From the NCBI GenBank assembly GCA_902624105.1, contig CACNWH010000003.1, positions 587-64,586 on the forward strand: DNA of 64,000 nt. The letters are read 5' to 3'. The DNA comes from an uncultured Prochlorococcus sp. Lineage in GTDB: Bacteria; Cyanobacteriota; Cyanobacteriia; PCC-6307; Cyanobiaceae. Shown one piece after another: positions 56,985 to 64,000 of this stretch. The stretch's first letter is position 1. Each line of letters starts with the position of its first letter. The translations under genes and the position numbers were made by a program. A model generated the notes under the pieces. The model ran no database searches, was not told the origin of the DNA, and saw only the letters and a program-made list of their open reading frames with translations.

Positions 56985-58535
56985 TTATATCTTTTTCTTT
57001 ATAAGTTTCCATGGATCAAGATCTTTATCACTTGCGATTATTTGATAATTCTCACTTTTAATTTTTATATTATTAGACTCTACTATCCAAGCATATTCAT
57101 TCGGTTTTAGTTCATTGAGGTTTCTAAAATCTTTACCCAAATTTGGAGTTATTAGTAAAATTTTTATTAATTTTGAATTCGCATCGTCAACATTTGAATT
57201 ATTACTAATAACGTTAACTGTTTTATTATGTAGTCCTTCTTTTGCTGAAATATATTCTACTATTTCACGTAGATTTCTTGATCTATCTGTTAATAATCCT
57301 GATTGCACCATACATGATCCAATCAGATAAGGACATACTAAAAATGATAAAAGGATAGATCTAAATTTCTTATAATTAGTAATAGTGATTAGCATAAAAG
57401 CAGAAATAAAAAATCCTGTAATAAGAAATACTTCTTCTTTGAAATTTAAATTAATGGATTCTTTAATTAATAAAAAATAAATAAAAATAGAAAAAAAAAT
57501 TAAAACTGGAATTATTTTTGAAGTTAATTGTAGAAATATAACTTTTAACTGGTTAATTTTTAAAGTTGCTTTAAATCCCAAGAATGCATTTAATGAAAGT
57601 ATTGAAGCTATTGGTAAAGAATAATAAGGTGTTTTTGTTGAGAATAGACTTAAAATAAAAATAAACAATAGTGGGTAATAAACTAAAAAATAGTTTGTTT
57701 GTTTTGTATCTCTGAATTGGTATATTAATCCAATTAATGAGAAAATACTCCAAGGTAAAAAATTAACAGGAATATTCCAAAAATAATAATATATGGGATT
57801 GGTGAAAGTGTTATTTACAGAAAGAGTATTTACTTTATCAATTAAATAGAAAATAATATTTTTATCTAAATATGGATTTATGTAAAATGACCATATTAAG
57901 AAGGGTAAGAAGCCTATAAATATTCCCAGCCAAAAGAATTGTTTAATAATTATTTGTCTTTTATAAATCAAATAAGGTAAAAGTGATAATAAAGGTATAG
58001 CTATAAGAAATGTTTTCATAAAAAATGCTAAACCTATCCAGCTTCCAAAAATTAATAAGTACAAGGAATTTTTATCTTTTCTTATTTTGGCTAATGAATA
58101 AGTACCTAAAGTAACAAGACAAGCAAAAATCATATCTTGTGTAGCTAAGTGAGCAAAATCAAGCCAGATATAAGTAGTACCAAGAATTAAGGCAGAAAAT
58201 ATTGCATCTTTTCTACCAATTAATTCTTGGTGTAATTTATATGTAAGAAATAGCATCAAAATTGCTGCAACTGTAGATGGTAAATGTGCGATAAAAGCAG
58301 TTTCACCAAATATCTGTTGACATTTTGCGATTAAAAATTGAATCCCTATTGTCCTATCTAATACAAATTGATCCCACCAAACTGGGACAACCCAATTATT
58401 ATTTTGAAGCATCCATTTTGCCTGAAGAGCATAAAAACCTTCGTCGTAAGCGATGTAACTTCTTTTGCCAAAATAAAATAATAAGGGAAAGAATATTATT
58501 GTTTTATAAATTGAATTTTTAAGTTTTGCATTCAT
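56985..58535 (-). CDS. ArnT/PMT-like (GT-C) membrane glycosyltransferase
   Basis: DEGFY, multi-TM, FLPWS, KTPYY; true start likely ATG 58535 because the track ORF overlaps the tRNA. Confidence 0.9.
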   Translation of the reverse strand: MNAKLKNSIYKTIIFFPLLFYFGKRSYIAYDEGFYALQAKWMLQNNNWVVPVWWDQFVLDRTIGIQFLIAKCQQIFGETAFIAHLPSTVAAILMLFLTYKLHQELIGRKDAIFSALILGTTYIWLDFAHLATQDMIFACLVTLGTYSLAKIRKDKNSLYLLIFGSWIGLAFFMKTFLIAIPLLSLLPYLIYKRQIIIKQFFWLGIFIGFLPFLIWSFYINPYLDKNIIFYLIDKVNTLSVNNTFTNPIYYYFWNIPVNFLPWSIFSLIGLIYQFRDTKQTNYFLVYYPLLFIFILSLFSTKTPYYSLPIASILSLNAFLGFKATLKINQLKVIFLQLTSKIIPVLIFFSIFIYFLLIKESINLNFKEEVFLITGFFISAFMLITITNYKKFRSILLSFLVCPYLIGSCMVQSGLLTDRSRNLREIVEYISAKEGLHNKTVNVISNNSNVDDANSKLIKILLITPNLGKDFRNLNELKPNEYAWIVESNNIKIKSENYQIIASDKDLDPWKLIKKKI

Positions 58536-58558
58536 AAAATATATTGTTAAATAAATAA

Positions 58559-58630
58559 TGCCGATAATCGGATTCGAACCAATGACCCACTGTTTACGAA
58601 ACAGTTGCTCTACCACTGAGCTATATCGAC
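58559..58630 (-). tRNA. tRNA-Thr(CGT)
   Basis: GTCGATATAGCTCAGTGGTAGAGCAACTGTTTCGTAAACAGTGGGTCATTGGTTCGAATCCGATTATCGGCA. Confidence 0.95.
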
Positions 58631-58680
58631 AATGTCCAAATAGTTTTTTTAATATAAACTAAAGTCTATGTTTAAAATCA

Positions 58681-58920
58681 TTGATGTCAAAAATTGATCC
58701 TGAATTGAAGAAGAAATTACTTCGAGAAACAAAAGCTCCATTTAAAGGATTGCGAAGATTAATATGGGCAGCATGCTCTGGTTCAGCTCTTTTAGGTTTG
58801 TTTATAATGTTTTCCCAAATGATTGGTGGAAATGAAATACAACAAAACAATTTATTAATCCAAATCGGTGCATCAATTTTATTTCCAACATTATTTTATT
58901 TCGAGAGGGATAAGAACTAA
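58681..58920 (+). CDS. DUF3493-like small membrane protein
   Basis: [14 protein letters not shown] plus two TMs. Confidence 0.8.
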   Translation: MMSKIDPELKKKLLRETKAPFKGLRRLIWAACSGSALLGLFIMFSQMIGGNEIQQNNLLIQIGASILFPTLFYFERDKN

Positions 58921-61900
58921 TTTGTACTCAAAGTTCTTTTCTTTGTTACTAGTTTATAAGCCTCAATAATATCTCCTTCATCCCAATTAGAGAACTTATC
59001 ACACCCGATACCACATTCAAAACCAGTATTAACATCTTTTACATCATCTTTAGACCTTTTTAGAGAATCTAAATTTCCCTCGTAAATAACTTGCCCAGCT
59101 CTGCGTACACGTAATGAACAATTCCTCTGTAATTTTCCAGTGCTTACATAACAACCTGCTATAGATCCTTTGCCAACAGCAAAAGTGGCTCTAACTTCAG
59201 CTTGTCCAAGTGCTTCCTCTACTAAATCAGGCTCTAATAGACCTTCCATAGCAGATTGAATGTCTTCTAACAATTTATAAATCACTTCATATTCCCTAAT
59301 ATCTACATCATTTGCATCCGCAGCTCTTTTAGCACCAGAAGCAAGAGAAGTATTAAAACCAATAATTACTGATCCTGAAGCGGCAGCTAAGTCTATATCT
59401 GTTTCTGTAATTTCTCCAGGAGCAGAAAAGAGCACTCTGACCTGAACCTCATTTTTAGGTAGTTGTTCTAATGAACCTAAAATAGCTTCCACGCTCCCTT
59501 GAACATCTGCTTTTAAAATTAAATTAAGTTCTTTAAGTTCTCCTTCATTAACTTGATTAGATATTGAAGATAAACTCACTCTTCTAGAAGCCATTTGTTG
59601 AGCTAATTTTGTTGCTCTTGCATCTGTTGCTCTTTCTCCTACAACCATTCTTGCTGATTTCTCATCAGTATATACTTCAAATTCATCTCCAGCAGTGGGT
59701 ACTTCACTAAACCCTAGTGCCTCTACAGGAAATGATGGGGCTGCCTCTTTAATTCTATTGCCATGTTCATCAACCATCGCCCTAATTCTTCCAAGGACAG
59801 AACCTGCAGCAAGAACATCTCCTGATCTTAAAGTCCCATTTTGTATTAATAAAGTTGCTACAGGACCTTTGGCTTTGTCTAAGTGTGCTTCTATAACAGT
59901 ACCTTTAGCTAATCTTCGAGGATTTGCTTGTAAATCTTCAACCTCAGACACAAGTAAAATCATCTCTAGCAGTTTATCAATATTCTGACCTTTAATTGCA
60001 CTGACTGGCACCATTACAGTATCTCCTCCCCAGTCTTCAGCTATTAAATCTTTTTCAGATAACTCTTGCTTGACTCTATCTGGTGATGATCCCTCTTTAT
60101 CAATTTTATTAATGGCTACAACTATTGGTACTTTGGCAGCTCTTGCGTGGCTTATTGCTTCAAGGGTTTGAGGTCTTACTCCATCATCAGCTGCTACAAC
60201 CAATACTGCGATATCAGTTACTTTTGTTCCTCTTGCACGCATAGCAGTAAATGCAGCGTGCCCTGGTGTATCTAAGAAAGTAAGTTTTTTGGTCTTAGAT
60301 TCATGTTTGACCTCTACTTGATAAGCACCAATATGTTGTGTAATTCCTCCCGCTTCCCCAGAAGCTATTCTTGACTTTCTGATTGAATCAAGAAGACTTG
60401 TTTTGCCATGATCTACATGACCCATTACAGTAACAACTGGTGGCCTAGTAATTAAGCTATCTATATCAGTTTTTTCAATCATATCTACAGTTTTTGTTGC
60501 AGCTTCTTCAATATCATCTTGTAAAACAGGGACTCCGAATTCTTCAGCAACAGTTTCGATTGTAGTTAGATCTAATGATTGAGTAACAGTAGCAGTGATA
60601 CCTTTAAAAAATAGAGATTTAATTATTTCTGAACTTTCAAGTCTAAGCATATCTGCTAATTCTTGAACAGTTAAATTATCTTCAGGAACTATTATCATTT
60701 CAGGTCTTACTTGTTTTGCTTCTCTAGAGGCCCGTAGTTCCATCGCTCTTCTTTTTTGCCTTTGCCTTGTACTCTCTTTTTTCTTCTTTTTAAGTTTGTT
60801 ACTTGGCTTCTGAGATTTATCATTCTCAGACTTTGCTTTTTTGGGCCTTGCTAAACTTGCAGATAAGATTGAAGTTTTTTTGTTCTCCAGCAAATCCACT
60901 AGTTTCTGTAGTTAGAGAATCGTCATTTTCTCCAATAATATGTACTTTTTGCCTCTGTTTTTGTGGACTTTTATTTCTTAAAGCTTCAAGTTTTGCTGAA
61001 TCATCCCAATCTGTTTTTCCAGGTTTTTTTGAGGCATTACTAGATCTGTGCGGAGATTTTTTGACAGGTGCAATTGAATTGGGTCTTGCAGCAGGTGACT
61101 TTGGTTTTTGCTTTGGAGCATCGATGGACTTTGGTCTTTTATATTCTGTTTGATTAACTTTTTCGTTATTTGAAGAACGAGTTTTTTGAAGCTGCATCAG
61201 CTCATTGGGAGATACAGGTTTCCTAACCCCAGAACCCATTTGTCGGTTAAATTTTGAATTGGATTTGTTAAATTCTCCTTTCTTATTTGGTGAGTTTGGT
61301 CTATTAGCTATTCCCTGTCTATTAGCTATTACTGGTTTATTGGGGCTGTGGAGGCCTTGTCTATTAGCAATCCCTTGTCTATTTGCTATGCCAGGCTTAT
61401 TTGGGACTCCTGGTCTGTTAGGTAAGCTAGACCTACCCTGATTACCACCTTTGTTGGTACTGTTCGGTCTGTTAGTGTTCCCATATCTACTTTGTACTGA
61501 AGATCTATTTAACGAATTACCTCTATTTAATGGCCTGTCGATATTATTATTTTTAGTTACCCCACTAGGTTTATTATTTAAGCTTTGTTTGTATGGAATA
61601 TTCTGTTTATTTTGAATATTTTCTCTTCTGATAGGTGCTCCAACTAATTCAGGACTTGATGAGACTGGTTTATTAGGCTTGTTTTTTAAAGTGTTATTTT
61701 CAAAACGATTTGTATTAGGATATCTTGGATTATTTAATTTACTATGATTAGTCTGTGCGGCCTGAGTTAAAGGTTTATTGTAATTTTTAGGCTTCTCAAT
61801 TAATTGAATTGGTGGTTTAGAAGGTTTGGTAAGTTGGTCATTTTTATTATTTATTTTATTTTTTACATTAATTTTACTTTCATATTGCTTTCTATTTGCA

Positions 61901-62346
61901 ATATTTTTTTGCTCACTTCGAGATTTTGATGTTGAAATTATTTGAGGAGATTTTAATTCTTCTTTTTTAGAAATATTCTCTTTAACATTAAATTTTGAAA
62001 TACTTGGCTTAGTCAAGAGAGGTTTGGAGGGTTTTATTTCTTTTGAATTTTTATTTTTTAAATTGGAAGTTGTTCTAACATTGTTAGAATTATCTCGACT
62101 GTTTTTTGCTTGATTCTGTTGAGGTTGAGAATTTAAGGATGATTTATTAACAGATATGATATTTTTACTTTTATTTAAATTGCTTTTTATATGATTCTTT
62201 ATCTTTTTTGCATCATCAAAACTTATTGAACTACTATGGCTTTTTACCGATATTGATAGTTTTTGGGCAGCATCCAATATGTCTTTATTCTCCAGATTTA
62301 AATCTCTGGAAAGCTCATAAATTCTGATTTTATCGCTGAGTGTCAT
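58917..62346 (-). CDS. infB: Translation initiation factor IF-2, split by a single-base frameshift at ~60878
   Basis: N-terminal [12 protein letters not shown] (62346-60826) plus G-domain ORF (GHVDHGKT; 60899-58917); removing one A from A7 at 60875-60881 fuses them. Confidence 0.95.
61290..61420 (-). repeat. Coding tandem repeats in the IF-2 N-terminal linker
   Basis: 18-bp units (GIANRQ) nested in a 60-bp duplication (61300 vs 61360). Confidence 0.8.
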
Positions 62347-62416
62347 TGAGTTGGAAATATGTTCTAAATAAATAAATAAAGAATCTTAAATTAATTATAT
62401 TCCTTTTTTGGAAAAG

Positions 62417-62677
62417 TTATTCGTAGTTTTGCGTTTCGATTATAAAAACCTCATAAAATTTATGATCAAAATTTGTTTTTAAAGCTCTTTGAAGATTTTT
62501 TTTTAATTTTGGATCTTGAGTACAATTTTTTGTCTTGCAGATGTAAGCCGAACGGCCAATCCCTGAATTTATTAAAATTCTTGATTTGTTTTCATGAGTT
62601 ATTTTTAACATAGAAACTCTGTCAAAAATTTCTCTGCAAGAAATGCACCTACGCAAAATACTTCTTTTCTTTCTCAA
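62417..62677 (-). CDS. ylxR: YlxR/DUF448 protein
   Basis: RRCISCR, GRSAYIC; between nusA and infB. Confidence 0.88.
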   Translation of the reverse strand: MRKKRSILRRCISCREIFDRVSMLKITHENKSRILINSGIGRSAYICKTKNCTQDPKLKKNLQRALKTNFDHKFYEVFIIETQNYE

Positions 62678-64000
62678 CGTGTTCTTTCCTCGGATGTAAC
62701 TATTTCTTCTTCATATATGTCATCAATCTCTTCTTCATCTTCTGGTAAAGGATATAGCTCCCTTAATCTTGCATCTTCTTCTGCTCTCGCTGCTTGTTCA
62801 GCCTCAAATTTTTCTTCAGCCTCTTTTTGTAAACTTTCTTCCTCTTCTCTTTGCTCAATTAATTCAGCGACTGCGGCATCCTCTGAGTCTTGGTCGTATT
62901 CATGTGAATTTTTTACATCAATTTTCCATCCAGTTAATCTTGCAGCTAATCTGACATTTTGACCTTCTCTACCAATCGCTAGGCTTAGTTGGTCTGGTGG
63001 AACTAGTACATGTGCATGTTGACCTTCGGGATCAACTAATCTAACTAAATCAACTTTTGCTGGACTAAGGGAATTTAAGATATATTGAATTGGATCTGAA
63101 GACCATTTGATAACATCTATTTTTTCTCCTCTAAGTTCATTTACTACTTGTTGTATTCTAGCTCCTCTCGCACCAATACAAGCTCCAACGGGATCAACTT
63201 CTCTTTCTATACTATCAACTGCAACTTTTGTTCTTGGCCCTACAGCCCTTGAAGGAGGATTTGCTTCTCTTGAGACTGCGACTATTTTTACAGAGCCTTC
63301 CTGTATCTCAGGAACTTCATTCTCAAATAAATAAACTACTAAACCTGCATTAGCTCTACTTACAAAAAGCTGTGGGCCTTTTCTTGCTATTTCACTAACT
63401 TCTTTTAAAAAAACTTTAAAAGTAGCATTAGCTCTATAGTTATCGTTTGGTAATTGATCCCTTTTAGGTAACTCTGCTTCAACTTCTGGTCTACCTATAC
63501 CAGAACTTACTGCCATTATTACAGATTGTCTCTCAAATCTTATAACCCTTGCTGTTAAAACAGGATCCTCCAAATCAGCAAATTCCTCTTGAATCATTCT
63601 TCGTTGCTGATCTCTCAGTTTTTGAGCCAGAACTTGTTTTGTTGTTGAAGCTGCCATTCTCCCGAATTCTTCCTTATCAGGAGTAACATCTAACACTACT
63701 GTATCTCCAATTTGGGCATCATCAGCGACTTGCTGCACTTCCATTAAAGAGATTTGATGATCTTCACTTTCAACTTCTTCTACAATTATTTTGCTTGCCA
63801 AAATTCTATAGCCTTCTTCCTCAAGATCTAATCCTACATCAAAATTGCTAAAATATTCCTCATCAAAAGGATCTTCTTTAGTACCTATATAAAAAGTACG
63901 TCTATACTTTTCATAACCTTTTAAAAGAGCTTCACGTAAAGCTGCTTCGACAACTTGAGGAGGTAATTTTTTTTCCTCACTTATGTCATCTATAAGATTG
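62674..64000 (-). CDS. nusA: Transcription factor NusA (start lies beyond window)
   Basis: S1/KH domains, GACIGARG, AIGREGQN; frame open to the window edge. Confidence 0.98.
   Translation of the reverse strand, partial: NLIDDISEEKKLPPQVVEAALREALLKGYEKYRRTFYIGTKEDPFDEEYFSNFDVGLDLEEEGYRILASKIIVEEVESEDHQISLMEVQQVADDAQIGDTVVLDVTPDKEEFGRMAASTTKQVLAQKLRDQQRRMIQEEFADLEDPVLTARVIRFERQSVIMAVSSGIGRPEVEAELPKRDQLPNDNYRANATFKVFLKEVSEIARKGPQLFVSRANAGLVVYLFENEVPEIQEGSVKIVAVSREANPPSRAVGPRTKVAVDSIEREVDPVGACIGARGARIQQVVNELRGEKIDVIKWSSDPIQYILNSLSPAKVDLVRLVDPEGQHAHVLVPPDQLSLAIGREGQNVRLAARLTGWKIDVKNSHEYDQDSEDAAVAELIEQREEEESLQKEAEEKFEAEQAARAEEDARLRELYPLPEDEEEIDDIYEEEIVTSEERTR

Noticed and set aside
58536-58616. 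N-terminal extension of the ArnT-like ORF
   Set aside because: Overlaps tRNA-Thr; ATG 58535 is the plausible start
605-63334. Many 60-120-aa ORFs overlapping core genes (e.g. 9964-10287, 37453-37758, 54041-54403, 60803-61153)
   Set aside because: Antisense or alternate-frame shadows of conserved genes with no independent motifs

Overview
AT-rich (about 30% GC by eye) cyanobacterial chromosome segment, very likely Prochlorococcus (Prochlorococcus-type PsaA/PsaL, gene content). It is mostly core genome: ldpA-ndhN, the rplC-prfA ribosomal superoperon, HNH-alr-tRNA-Ser(GCT), psaL/I/B/A, cbiG-cobJ, lipA, glsF, the str operon, pheA, rnhB, rne, dapL, clpS, tRNA-Thr(CGT) and infB-ylxR-nusA. The main accessory region is a ~2.7 kb island 3' of tRNA-Ser. 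It looks like a tandem array of tiny integrase-less cassettes, each bounded by a copy of the tRNA 3' end. The first two share the same att-arm geometry (arm-like repeats starting ~115 bp from the core, spaced +12 and +34 bp) but use different repeat sequences. Their cargo is a membrane protein and a methylase pseudogene missed by the ORF track. Other signals are a shared TGATGATG-TAnnnT promoter motif ahead of three ribosomal-protein units, a serine resolvase lacking its catalytic Ser, and apparent frameshifts in infB and ldpA that may be sequencing errors. All calls come from reading the sequence by eye; no searches were run.
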